Source: Vezdaea acicularis (taxonomy: Eukaryota). Taken from it: a stretch of DNA of 64,000 bases. Position 1 is the stretch's first letter. The number at the start of each line of letters is the position of its first letter. Under the pieces are notes generated by a model. That model was not told where the DNA came from and ran no database searches. It saw nothing but the letters and a program-made list of their open reading frames with translations. This document shows, piece after piece, positions 35,519 to 48,915 of the stretch. The position numbers were made by a program, and so were the translations under genes. The DNA lies in the NCBI GenBank assembly GCA_026025075.1, contig JAPEUI010000006.1, positions 1-64,000 of the forward strand, read 5' to 3'.

Positions 35519-36723
35519 TGTTGAAGGCTAGGAAGAACCGATGAACTGTACTCGAATTGAGGGAAGCGTTACTGGAGTGTGGAAAGATATGATTCTTAAG
35601 TACTGACAGCTACTCACTAGGAAATGTCTAACCTAGTTAAGATGATTCTTGTGCCTGTAGATTTGTCTCACGCTCCCGCCGGACCATGTCCGTAGAGTAG
35701 AACGTGTCAACCACATAGCAAACTGGCACACGCCATCAGATTGTGTGTCCGTAAATAAGCTATGAATCATGTGCGTCTTCGCACGAGGAAAACGTTTGCT
35801 TGTCGCTATTTCAAGTTGCCTCAGACGGTTATGTGCATGATACGAGAGTTTGGTATTCTAGCAACGCCCCTAGCAGCTAATATGCCTGAACTCGAAATTA
35901 AAGCCCAAAGAGAACCACTCCGGACCAACCTTCACCGCTTTTCAAGGAAACTTGAAGACAAACAATGACCATATAATTCACCGTCGGAAATATAAGACTG
36001 GAGACAATGACCTATTTAAGGCATAGTAACTTAAGGTGGTGATTTGCCACATATGGAGCCGAGTCTGGTATGTGAGGGCGAAAAAAGCCTTAAAAGCCCA
36101 AAGCAGAGCAAAACAGGCGCGTGTAACTCCTTGTTGGACCATAGTTAGAAGTGACAAAGCTATTGTCAAGAAGCACAACGTGGAGCTGCAGGGTTGAGGA
36201 GATAAAAGTGGAGTTATGACGACACAAAATGAGCGAAATATCTGATAACTATGTCATCTTTGTGACCGGCTCCCTACTTGATGGTGCATCCAACGTAATG
36301 CAGGGACCTGCAATCTGCCGTTGACCGAATCATGCTGTGTTTCTTTTCGAGTGCCTTTCAAGGCCAATGTAGGTCAGTCAAGGAACTTTGGACTGCGAGA
36401 CCCCACATAGCTGAAGGTAGGTTGGCTGGGATTCCCGACTTCTTCATTGATCTGATAGATTGCTGCAAGTCGAATTTTGACCATGCAAAGCAGGGTCTCC
36501 ATAGCACCCCCTCAAGCAATGTGTAAGCGATAATCCTTGACGGAAGGACTTCAGATAATGAAGGGGCCATTTCCTCCTCCTCCAATTTACAGGATTATAT
36601 AGGCCGCTAATGAGCTAGGTTGAGGCAATGTCAGGGTGATCCATGTGCTTTGGTATGGCCCATGATCTAAGAGCATTAAAACTTAGATGACTCAGCACCT
36701 AAGTATTAGAGTTTTATTCTAGA

Positions 36724-37211
36724 TTATTCTCCCTCGGAGATGTTATTCTCAATGCTTTCATCTGGGCCATGTGCACTCGCGTTCCGTTTTCGAATGCCGT
36801 CTAGTGACTCGATGCCTTTGGCTGGGCCACCAGTGACGCTAAGGCTAAAGGATCTCTTATGCCCGCTCGGCCGTTCCGTCAAACTCGGAGCTCTTGGACG
36901 CTGTCGGCCTCTAGCTCGGCCACCAACGACTGGTATCTCATATGTGACCGATCGCCAGATGTAAAGGAGCAAGTCGTAGACTAGGAAGCAGGCCCACGGA
37001 CCAATCGTCAGGATACCGAGCAGGATCTATTGATTGTAACATGTACTTAGCAAGTGAACCACTGGAAGAGCAATTGTAATTTGTTTGGTAAACCCTCGAT
37101 CTGATCTAGCCAAAGCATTGTGCAAGGTAAGGAGAGTGGACCTACGAAAATACGAGCTACCCACGTTTCTACAAAGCTGAGGTTTGCAGGAAGTATCGAG
37201 AACAATCCCAT
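36724..37211 (-). CDS. Small conserved-type fungal membrane protein (122 aa), intron 37027-37145
   Basis: MGLFSILPANLSFVETWVARIF|ILLGILTIGPWACFLVYDLLLYIWRSVTYEIPVVGGRARGRQRPRAPSLTERPSG. A GTAGGT...CTAAG...AATAG intron restores the frame. Confidence 0.8.
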
Positions 37212-37758
37212 CGTAAAGATGGCGCAGTTTGAAACTTAGGAATCTTTGCCAATTAGTCCTGTAAGGCAGTCCGTTTTTCCCGCAGTGTCGATCGGCAATA
37301 AAGTTTGCTGGGGCGATGAGACGAGATGGGTTGGTATTATATTTCTTCCTGCGTCGGCGAAAGACGGAAATATCATCCCCGAGTACTGGGACCCCGATCA
37401 GTTACGAAGAGGCCTTCTTGATCCGCTGACATATGCGCTTGTTGTTTCTACATTAGGTTCTAGTAATAATGGGCACCCTAGAGGAGCTGTCATGGTTACA
37501 CTAGGATATTTTGGAAGTGGCATGTGATTATCCAATCCACGGTCACAAATTTGCCAATCGAAATCATTTCATAATATACGCAATCCGTCTTGCATGTTTG
37601 CTTAGATGCGCAAAGCTTAATTCAGAACAGCAAGATATTAGGACTTCAGAAGCTGCAATTTCTTCTTTTTTCTATGCCCTCATAGTAATGCACACACGAC
37701 ATTTGATGTGAAACGACTCGAAAATCTCTTGATAGATCGCCTGCTGACCTCCTTGATA

Positions 37759-40163
37759 ATGCACATCCTTGTACGTACAATGCATGCTTCTCTAACTATA
37801 CATAGTTCCTAACAATTCTAGATTGTCAATGATGATGGCCCTCCTTCAGAAACTGCCTCACCTTACATCTCCACACTCATCCATGCTCTTCGCACGCAGA
37901 CCAACCACACTCTGTCCATAGTCCTTCCTAGTACCCAAAAGAGCTGGATAGGAAAAGCTTTATTAGTCGGACAAACTCTCACCCCAATCTACTACAATGC
38001 TATCACTGCAGCAACATCGCCTCATCCAACGTTCCCCACTTCCACGAAACAAGAGGAAGAAGACTGGATTTTGATAGACGGTACCCCAGCTTCATGTACT
38101 CAGCTCGGTCTACACCATCTTTTCCCGTGGAAACCTCCTGTGGACCTTGTGCTCTCAGGTCCAAATTATGGACGTAACACAACCGCCGTGTTTGCCCTTT
38201 CTTCCGGTACACTCGGCGGTGCACTCGAGGGCGCGGTTTGTGGGTTTAAGGGTATCGCTCTATCATATGCTTTTTTCTCCCAAGTTCATGATCAAGAGGT
38301 GATTAAGGAGGCTAGCGAGCTCAGCGTGCGAATTGTAGACCGATTATGGGAGGATTGGGGTAAAGACGTGGGAGTCTACAGCATTAACGTACCGCTGAAA
38401 GCGGGCGTGTCGAAGAAGCCCATTTGTTGGACGAGCATGCTCCAGAATGTATGGGGGCAAGCAAGCTGTTTTGATGAGATAAAAGAGGACGACGTAGAGA
38501 CGCCGGACGCAGCTGAGAAGGAGATACGAGAGCAGAAAATAGGCGCTCTAAGTGGACATGCCAAGGGAAGAAGTTTTAGATGGGCACCAAAATTTGGCAG
38601 CGTGTATAAGAGCGTAGAGGATGCAGGGCCGGGGAGTGATGGCTGGGCTGTTAAAGAAGGCTGCACAAGGTATGTGACTGCCTTTGAAGACCTCGAAAGT
38701 TGGTTATACTGATTTTGAATGAAGTATAACTCCAATAAAAGCGAACTTCATGCACGTGCCTGGGTTTACAGGCGAGTTGAAGCTGTGAGTTCGAAAATTC
38801 TAGAGATAGACTAGATCTAGATATGGAAATGTGCAACTAGAAGCTTAAATACGAGAAGCGTACTGTCTAACGTTCTTATCATAGATCTCCCCAGTGCAAC
38901 CGACTTTACGCCGTGGTAGCGTATGGGGATGAATATGTTCAACCTCTCCTGCTTTCGGCCTTATCGCAATATCTGCCAGAGGGGTCTTATGACTTGATTG
39001 GGTCTTTTGATCAGGTTCCTTCTCCGACGTCAAATTGCCTCCAATTCCTTCCTTATGAGCTTATAGACTTTGAGCATGTATTGTTGCACCCCAATACATC
39101 TCTCACAAGCGCTTATATCATCCGGAAAGCGCTTATTCGCAAAAACTATCTCTCTTCTCTGATTCTACATTGGGTTGCAAAGCATCCCTCGAGCTGTCTT
39201 AAGCACCATGTCAAGACCACAGAAGCTTTTGAAGTTGATTATGCAGAGTTTCTGGATGATGCGCTCGTAGATTGCTGGGATTTAAAGGAGAGCTGGGCCC
39301 GCTCGCAACACAAAACGGACGAGCAGAGGGAATGGTGGATATTGAAGCCTGGGATGAGTGATAAAGGACAAGGCATCAAACTTTTCAGCTCAGCAGAAGA
39401 ACTTCAGGAGATATTTGACACGTGGGAAGAGGAATCGCCAGACTCCGATGAAGAACTAGAGGATGGCAGCAACGATGATGCTGACGTATCCGCTGATAGC
39501 AAAAACGACGACTTCATCATGACTTCTCACTTGCGACACTTTGTCGTGCAGCGATACATCCACCCACCACTAATATTCTATACTAGAAAGTTTCATGTCC
39601 GTGCATACGTTCTATGCGTGGGCTCAATGCGAGTTTATGTATCGAGAGAGATGCTTGCGCTTTTCGCCTCACATCCCTATGCTGCACCTTGGGAGGATGC
39701 CCCCACGACAAGTTACCTTACGAATACCTGTTTGCAAGATGCAACTACTTCGGAAGCAAATGTGAAGCGATTCTGGGATCTTCCCAGCGTTGCAGACTCG
39801 AAGGAGGATGCAACTCCGAGATATGATTGGAAGGAATCTGTCTTCCACCAGATCTGTAAAGTCATCGGAGAGACTTTTAGGGCAGCCGCGCTCACCGCTG
39901 TGACTGATTTCCAACCTATACCGAATGCATTCGAGATATTTGGAGTAGATTTCCTTATTGATGCAGACGAGAAAGCCTGGCTGCTTGAGTTCAATGCCTT
40001 TCCAGACTTCAGACAAACTGGGGATATGCTACGGGACACAGTCATTGGAAACTTGATGAAGGGTGTAGTCAACCTAGCAATTGCTGGCTTCTTCAAAATA
40101 GGTCCTCCAAAGCTTGCAGATGGCATGGTAGAGGTTGTGCACGTAGATTTAGGGAAATCCTGA
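37759..40163 (+). CDS. PBY1: SurE phosphatase / tubulin-tyrosine-ligase-like fusion protein (Pby1-like); introns 37771-37821, 38670-38724, 38785-38884
   Basis: SurE motifs MHIL|IVNDDG, QKSWIGKA, DGTPASC and SGPNYGRN...SGTLGGALEG. TTL/ATP-grasp motifs WILKPGMSDKGQGI, RKFHVRAYVL, LTNTCLQ and FEIFGVDFL...LLEFNAFPDF. Confidence 0.9.
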
Positions 40164-42022
40164 TGGCATAAGAGTGATATTGTTTGCTGCGCTTTTGCGC
40201 AATGCCATCGGGGTGTATTTGTCATAATGATCGCTGAAACATGGCTATGCTGATGATTTTTGAGGGGAGATCGAGAATTATAGCTCGAGAGAGCCCCTGG
40301 ATGAGCAAATGCATGTCGAACGCACCAGTGACCGCACAGATTGACTGGCTCGTCCAACTCACGGCCGAACATGTAGTAAGGCGACAATACCTTGCTAGCC
40401 CTAGCTTCTAGCCCTAAAAAACACTGACTAGTGCCAGTTCCCTATATCTCTCTAAGAACAGATTTTGAAATCCTTCGGATTGCCACGAACAGCACCAGGC
40501 ACCTCGCTCTTGATTTCCTCTCCGGTTTCCCGCCATTACTGGCCATTCAAACCTTGGAGGCGAGTCTGGGTAAATTCATTACAGCTGAAAGTGCCGAATG
40601 CAGGCCTTCATCCCCATCATAAGAATCGCCTACTCAGCGCTCCAATGATACCTTCAGGCCTCTATCATAATGCACAACATGAAGTTGTACACATGATGAC
40701 GGACCCATATATGAGGAAGAATCAAGTGCGCCATTGAGGCTGTCAAGTATCTTCCATGCGACAGGCGTCTGCCTTCCGACTTGTCCTCACATGTATGAAG
40801 TAGAGGAAGAAATAACAATAACCCCTACTGATGGGATTTGAGGATGAAGAGCAAGCAAAAGCTGCCCCGGCTGAGACTAGCGCACAGCCTTGAGACTTCT
40901 CTGGCGAGTTGCCGATGGGAGAAGGGTACGCCTTACTGTCATCGTGGTAAAGCTAATCTTCCTAGTGTAATTAGGGACCTATAGCCGTTCTAGACATCAC
41001 CTGACGGGTAGTCTTTTGGGCAACCCAAGGCGTTCTGCGATCAGACATATCTCCCTCTCTCTAATAATACTCTCCGAAGGCTGCCTTGATTATCCCGCTT
41101 TCGTTCCTTCTCCAACCCTCCTCCCCCCCGGGACTGATCAGCTAAAGGGCATAACAAGGTCTGTTTATGATCTCACAATTCTGCCATGAATGCCAAACAC
41201 GAGGCATCGTGCTGCTGCAGTCCTAGATACGAACGTAGCCGCCATTTCCTCGCGCACAATACTTGTTTATACGGCGTCTACTGTAGACGGAGGCACGCCT
41301 TAATGTGCCTTATCGTCTGGCTGCTCTTACGGTAAGCGTCGGGGTGGGCCGTTGCACCTCGCCGGCTAGGTTAGGTCACCTCGGGGTCCATTGCATTTAG
41401 CTTTCTAGGCATCCGCGGCCCCCAAGATCCTTACTCTCCGGTTATCAACTCGACCGCAGAAAGGAAGCAGGAAAGTAGCACCCTTTCGCTACTCTAGCTT
41501 TACGCGGCCCCTAAACTCATATCTCAGCCGCAGTGGAGAACGCGCAAGGCAGCAGCTTAGTAATGATCCGATATTGCCTTGACCGGAGATTCCTGCACTG
41601 AGCGTGACATAAGAGCTGACCCTTTGCAAACCTTTAAATTGAGTCATGATCGCTGCCTGCGCTGGGGTTGAAAACTCAGACGTGGTGGGAACAGCGCATA
41701 CGCTGCCTTTCTTACTGTGCCCTCTGTAGTCCAAATGAGCACAACCCTGCAGCGCTCCCCCCCCAAAGGTGCAATGGCTAGAATCCGTGTTTTCTGCTCC
41801 TGAAAGCATCTCCGTGTCTCATTTACATTAAGCCGTGGACATACATTCTGTGTTTCCTCCCTAAGTTCAACCATCTGGCGTACGTGTTTCACTTGCTTTC
41901 CGGCCGCTGCACCGGCCGACACCAGTTTTCAGTTTCTCAAAGTTTTACCTATCAGAATCTCAAAAATACCTCCTCCTTTAGTCGCATTCAGCGTGTGATA
42001 GCTCTCTGCAATTCTCGTTTCC

Positions 42023-45000
42023 ATGTGGTCAAACTCTGCTACAGTGGTGGCCCTTCACTATGGGCTGCCACTCGCGGTGTTCTTTTATTATCTTCTTTCT
42101 CAAGGAATAAGTGCTTGTTTGTTACACAGTAGTAACCGAAAATTGGAGTCTCAAAGAAGCCGGCGCCGACTAATTGTCTGGCTCCTGGTCTTACTGGTTT
42201 CCTCATATGTAAGTTCTGTATATCGAAGACTGGTCTCATCGACGGTTAAACGAACTCGATCTTGCTTATTGTCATTATACTCGCCTGTACTTTTTGACAA
42301 GTCATCTAACCACTCATTCAAATGCAGGTCGCTGCTTCCATTGCCTCTTTGGTGCAAACATTGACGCAAAATGGATGGTGGTGTGGCAAAGACTACGTGG
42401 TAAGCCATCTCATTATACTCCTCATCGCTACGTGGCATCAAGATCGCTTCAGCCCTCCTCGCAGAGATGTTTGAGTATGCTAAAAAATTTAAGGTCTACT
42501 ATCTTGCCTCGATTCTTGCATGGAGCTTTGAGATTGCTGGGTTGATTGATGCTGAAGTGCCTGTCTGGTATCCATACTGGGGCTCATGGCTCATTGGATC
42601 AATCATAGAGACCGCTCTATTAGCTCTATCGGTGTTTCCTCAACATCCTCGAGATACATTTGAGTGGATAGGACTAGGTATTGGCATCTTTCGCGTCAGC
42701 ACTTTACTTTGTCTCTTAGCTGTCTATGTCGCGTTCGAATGGCTCCAGGTTGCCATTCCTCCTGACGAAGAGCATCAGGGGTTACTCTCTGGAGAACCTT
42801 CTACGAAAGCTTGTAATGGGTCTGCAAGTGGTGAAATTTCGAATGATAGATCATATGGAGCAACCAACACGGCTGAAGAGAATGACGAGGCCGGTGAATC
42901 TACGACCGAGGAGGAAGACCCTGAAGAACCGGATAATATGCGTAAGGAGCGTAAGCTGAAAGCGAGAATGAAAAAACGCTTGGCGGAGAAGGGAAATTGG
43001 TGGACTTATGCAAAGAGCTTTTCGGTACGTTGTTTAGAACCGCCCCTCTTCGCAACCGCACCCACCCCTGATAGTGGCTCTCTTGATCCTAAAGCTTATG
43101 CTAAGTACTTTACTAGATTTTTCTCCCATTCGTTATGCCCTTTCATGTAAGGGGGCTCCAGTTAAACTTGGTATTCACTTTTGTGTGCCTACTGGCTGAG
43201 CGGGCACTTAACTTGCTCATTCCGCGGCAGTTGGGTATTGTCACGAATGCCCTAAGTGAATCTAAAGGTGAGATATCGAACATTGCACAAGTAGAAACCG
43301 TTGATCAGCTAATGGATAAAGGAGGAAACACCCCTTGGTCACAAGTCGGAACTTATGTCCTTCTTCAGTTCTTAGCTTCCGGTTCCGGACTGAGCGCGAT
43401 CAGGTCTTATCTGAAGATTGCTTTGAATCAATACTCTTACAAGGCCTTGAGGACCGCTGCCTTCAGCCACATTATGAATCTTTCAAGCGACTTTCATAAC
43501 GACAAAGAGTTGGGATCGACCTACATGGCTGTCTATCGAACAGATTCACTAACTAGTCTTATGGACCTTGTAACGTTCGAGATCCTACCTTCTTTGATAG
43601 ATCTTGTTGTAGCCTTTGCTTACTTTTATTACCTTTTCGACTCTTACATGGCCCTAATTATTGGTACTGTCGCAGTAGTATATCTATGGCTTACCACGAG
43701 ACTCACCCGCTGGCAGCTAAAGTTCCGAGGTCCATTTTGGAAGGCTGCGACCGCTGAGTACGAGCAAATGTTTCTTGGCCTTGGAGAATGGCAAACCGTT
43801 AGTGTAAGTGCCCCAACCGCTGCAATAATCGAATAAGGGGATAGCTCACTCCCTTGAAGTACTTCAACCGGATCCCCTATGAGCAAGGCCGATACTATGA
43901 TGGTGAGTCTAAGGGTCATGAGTCCGTATAGTGTAAAAGCTGACATAGTTAGCCATCGTACGAATGCAATTCAAGGAGCGTAGCCAACAACTGGCGTATA
44001 GTCTTATGAGCGTCTCTCAGAGTATCATATTCACAGTCGGCTCTCTTGCTGCGTGCTTTTTGGCTGCCTACCAGGTATCCCAAGGCATTCAGCCAGTTGG
44101 AAGCTTTGTGACTTTGTTGACGTATTGGGCAAATCTAATAGGTAAAGCAGTCTGAAGCGTTTGCTGCCGTTCGAATTACTGACATACTCAAGGTCCACTC
44201 ATCTTCTTCGGGAACATGTATAGGACTATTGCAAGCTACATGCTTGATGCCGAACGTCTACTAGATATCATGACGAAAAAACCAAATATTGATGATAAAG
44301 CAGGGGCTAAAGACCTCGAGTTCAAAGACGGAATCATCGAATTTGACCGTGTTAGTTTCGCCTACGACGTACGGAAGCCAGTTTTAAAAAACGTCAACTT
44401 CACCACAAAGCCGGCACAAACAGTTGCACTTGTTGGTGAGACCGGTGGTGGAAAATCGACCATACTCAAATTGCTCTTCAGGTTCTATGATATCACAGAA
44501 GGGAACCTAAGGATTGATGGCCAAGATGTGCGGGATGTAAGTCTGAGGTCCCTTCGAGAGAATATTGGTGTTGTCCCACAGAGCCCCAGTCTCTTCCAGG
44601 ACACGCTTATGGCGAACATCCGCTACTCAAGATTGGAAGCTACAGACGAAGAAGTATTTGACGCTTGCAGAGCTGCCGCCATCCATGACAAGATCATATC
44701 ATTTCCAGATGGCTACAAGTCAAAGCCTGGTGCGCGAGGCGTGAATTTATCCGGTGGAGAACTTCAGCGGATCGCTATCGCAAGGGCAATACTCAAAAGG
44801 CCTAAGATCGTCCTGCTAGATGAGGCAACAAGTGCTGTTGATACGGAAACGGAACTCATTATCCAGGAGAGCCTTAAGAAGCTGATACAGGGAAAAACCA
44901 CCATTGTGGTTGCCCATCGTCTGTCTACCATCATCAACGCGGACGTAATCATTGTCGTCCACGGAGGGGAAATCGTGGAGATGGGTACCCACGAAGAGCT

Positions 45001-45079
45001 TGTTCGGACTGAGGGAAGATATCATAGCTTGTGGACTAAGCAGATCTTCACCTCGGATACTACTAAGAAGACTAATTAG
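42023..45079 (+). CDS. ABCB half-transporter, HMT1/ATM1-like (heavy-metal tolerance type), ~7 introns
   Basis: N-terminal extra TM region and ABC TMD, then an NBD with Walker A GETGGGKST, signature LSGGELQRIAIARA, Walker B LLDEATSAVD and switch AHRLSTI. Exons join through canonical introns. Confidence 0.92.
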
Positions 45080-45658
45080 CTATTCTTTAAAATTTAGACT
45101 TAGACTTAGGACATAAACCACATCTGGTCGGTACACGACCAATGATTATTTTGGCATCTAAAACGTTCGACCGTTGAACAATCAGGCTGCCACAACATCA
45201 GACTTGATACAAAATCGCGAGTATTGGTATGGTTCTTAGGCTAGAACGTATAGAAAGATCCGTTCTGAAAATCCTTGAACGAACACGATCAGACCCTCAA
45301 GCTCATGCGCGAAACCCCGACAAGAAAGGGCTAGACTAGGCACTTCCAAACCCTATATCGCTTATCTCAGAACTGCTCTAGTCCTTTATCAGAGTAGTCT
45401 TCGTAACTACGTGCTACCACCAGATGTTCTGGTGAGGAGAGGATTGTGGAAAATCAATGATCAAAATGTCTACATCATGTTCATACGATCAGGAGCGCTT
45501 CATGTGGTTAGAGATGAGCACCTCCATTCCCAGAAAAGAAGAAGATACTCATCTATAGTTATATGAAGCTGTCCGTCAGATGTATAGTTTAGAGGTCAAA
45601 CAAACGATCGATCAAGAAAGTCTTATAATATTGATGCTACCCTAACAGATATATAAGA

Positions 45659-47028
45659 TTACTTGAGCTCCTTGAGCGGTGCTTGCGTTTGAGTCCCATC
45701 TGCAGGCGCTGCAGGAGCAGCGCTAATCGTATTCGTAGGGAGCGCCTTATCCTTTACCTGCTCCTGCTTCTTGGACTTCTCGGGATCCCACCGCCAGCAG
45801 CCGCCCGTCTTATCAGCTTCTAGGGTTTCCCCGACTTTAGGGCCTAGTCGCTCGAATAGTTCGTCTTTCTGCGTGCACGAGAAATATCTTCGCTCCCAGG
45901 TGCGCCCCTCAGCGCTTTCCTGCTTGCGGAGTTCGCGCTGTGAATTCTCGATCTTGGACTTCTCAACAGAGGTGACGTCCATGTTGCCATTTGCGATGGC
46001 GCGCGCGACGGCGTTCCAGGCACGCCGCGATTCGAGGGGGTCTTGTTCGTCTAAGGCGGCGATGATGAGCGGGGTTGTTTTTGAAGTTTTGGGGGAGTAT
46101 GTTTCTATCTCATGCTTTTTTGCGTCCTTGAGCGTGAACGAATCCGTCCACTGCCCGTCGACATGGAAAAGCGTCTCTTTCGGCTTATCGTTATGGTGGA
46201 GCGTGGCGGTGAAGGAGTTCTTCTTGCCACTTAACCAACCTCTACCAGAGTAGTCGATCTTAGACGTGTAGCCCGAGGTGGAGACTATGTAAGAAGCTCC
46301 ATTTAGCTCAACGAAGGGAGTACCATATATAAGGCCTTCGATATGAAGAGATGGGAGCGTTATCAGGTAATCCTCGTTATAGGCGTCGATGTGCAGGAGA
46401 GCATGCCCAATCTGCTTGACTTGTATGGTCCGGGAGAATGAAGCTTTCTGTGCATTATATCCTTGGAGACTTACGCCGTGCTTTGCGTTTGTTATGCAAT
46501 AGGCGGTTACAGGTGGGTGGTGACTATGGTCATGGATTAGGCCGTTCTGGTATTGGAGATGGAGGGAACTGCTTACCTGACTTGTTCGGAGACGAGATTT
46601 GTTGTCCCGGCGGTGTCAACCCATTTTCCCAGGAAGAGCTCTCCTAAGAAAGGGTTCAATGGTTTCTTCTCGGATCCCAATTTATCGTTCCGACTGCTAT
46701 ACTGCTGCTTCAATGTGCTTAAGAACCACTTGAGGACCGCTAAGGCGCGCTTGGCCGGGTCTTGCTCCGAGGCTGGAGCCACAAAAAGGCTCGGGTGTTC
46801 TGCCCAATATGAGGAGTACTCGACTAGAGACGTGCTACTAAGGATGAACGGCGGGGCAGTGAGCGATGAAAGGTCGCCTGAAAACGATGCGATAGACTAT
46901 TGAGATATATTAGGATGATACCGTTACGTATCTCGGATTCTCCTATTGGTACACACCTTTAAGAACGATGACCAGGAGCCCTTGTTTTGTGGAGCGACTC
47001 CTGCCCCCTCTTCCTTTGAGGAAGCCAT
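45659..47028 (-). CDS. KES1: Oxysterol-binding protein Kes1/Osh4, two introns
   Basis: [45 protein letters not shown] fingerprint EQV|SHHPP and ESRRAW. Confidence 0.95.
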
Positions 47029-47432
47029 ACGCTGCGTACAGAGACTAATAAAGAGTTCGACTGTTGGTTCATATGAAGCCTCGGCCTAGATGGTGTCGAC
47101 TCTAGGTGAGAGCGAAGAATTGAAGGTGCTGTAATATCTTGCTCTGCCTATTGTCGTGAATGATGACAGAGGCGCAAGGTTCCACCCGCTGCCTGCATGT
47201 GTAGATGTCTCTAGACCTGTAACTTACGCAGCCGGAGTGGCGCGACCAAGGTGTTGAGAAGCACCAATGACATAGTTAAACCCGGATCGGGGCTAGTAGT
47301 AGAGCCAATCAAACGAAGGTCTGCGCATACAGCTCCCCGAAGCGACATAATCTCAGATTTTGACTACGAAATCCGGTCGATTGAATCTTCTGGTAGACCC
47401 ACAGTAGATGGCATTGCAAGGGCATACGTTCA

Positions 47433-48399
47433 ATGGCATGCGCTTCCTGTCTTCGTAAGCTACGCCTGAGTACCAAGTTACCCTGGCCTCGGCCTATTCT
47501 TCTTCAGATTCGGGGTAAGAAGACGAGGAGTGCCCGAGAGCCCAATTTTGTCAATGTTAGACTAAGAGGGGACATCACCAAATATGGACGTAAAGGTAGG
47601 ATCACATCTCATATCAATTGCGCCAGCGGCCTTCCTATTCTTATTGCCATCTATCTAAGATCCAGAATAGGAGCCATTGTACCCATCGCACCAGGTCGCA
47701 TGCGCAACGATTGGTTCCCAAGGGGTAAAGCCGAATACGTCAATGATGCAACACTACGGCAGATGAAGTCGCAGAACATTGTTTTTCAGCGAGATTTTGG
47801 CTTCAAAATAGGACAGGAGGATTTGAGAAAGACTGACGCGGGCGACGTTGCGGCGGATATCCCACATGAATCTCTCAAAGTCGAAGTCGAGTTACTTACG
47901 GTCAGTATGCAGAGGACTCGAGCATATTTCAAGCTCCGAAAGAGGCTATTCGACCGATATACTGATAATTTGATAGCCAATAAGGTCCAGACAACTCATA
48001 AGCATGCTAATTCCTCCGAGCATTGAGTTCTACAGGCAGCCAATCTTGGCTACCAAAGAACCAACTCTGAATCAGGAGCAGAAAGGCTCTGCTGGAACGG
48101 CTGAACTGGAAACACCTCACGTCAGTGAACAGGCAGCTACATCAGACTCAATCGGAATTTACGGCTCCGTGACTACGACAGACATTGCCGTAAACATGAA
48201 GGCGGTCCTCGCCGAAAACGACGAGGGCTCACGAGTTGTAATACTGCCAGAGGATATCACTTTTGTGCAGACACACGTTACTGGGACTGAAGAGCAAGCT
48301 GATAGGGTCAAGGCGCTGGGCGAATTCGAAATTGAGATCAAGGTCAAAGGTTCCGATGAGGCGGTGAGAAAGAAAATTAGAGTTAGGGCACAAGAATAG
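47433..48399 (+). CDS. Mitochondrial ribosomal protein bL9m (yeast MRPL50-like); introns ~47596-47670 and 47901-47976
   Basis: Arg-rich presequence ending QIRGKK, L9 N-domain VRLRGDITKYGRKG|AIVPIAPGRMRNDWFP, and C-domain IYGSVTTTDI...RVKALGEFEIEI. Confidence 0.85.
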
Positions 48400-48915
48400 A
48401 GCTTATTGCGACATTATCTTTTCCTAATGCTCCAATGAATGATACCGCCAAGCATGTTCGCGCTTAAGCAGAAATGCTTTTCTGTTTTCGTGGTCATTCA
48501 CCCAATTCGAAAAGCAAGCAGGACGGCTTGCATGTTTTCGAACTGACGACTAGGTAAAGCGCGTCGGGCAGGGGATTGAGTCAATCACACGCGCACGCTT
48601 TAGACCGATATTCTACCCTTTTTCGCCTCGACCGTTGTTGGTCCAATAGGGTCGCCACTCTAACCCTTGCAATACTTCGGCAAACTGTGGGTAGCCCCGC
48701 CTTGAACCCCTCCAAAAAGCACCTGTCACGGATTTCTTTACTGATAGGGTCACTGCATTTTTGCTCCACCCAAGACCTAAGGGAGGAGACTTTTTTTTCG
48801 AGCAACAGTACTTAAGCGTCAGATATCCAGAGGACTTTCTTCGTCTCGTTAAACAGAACTATTCAATCTGCTTCCAACCCTACCAGCTCCCACATTCCGC
48901 CTGGCATAGATCAAT

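Noticed and set aside
41142..41170. Resemblance to the antisense of a conserved 18S rRNA segment (possible snoRNA guide or rRNA fragment)
   Set aside because: The match is short and gapped, with no convincing C/D box arrangement. It is compatible with chance.
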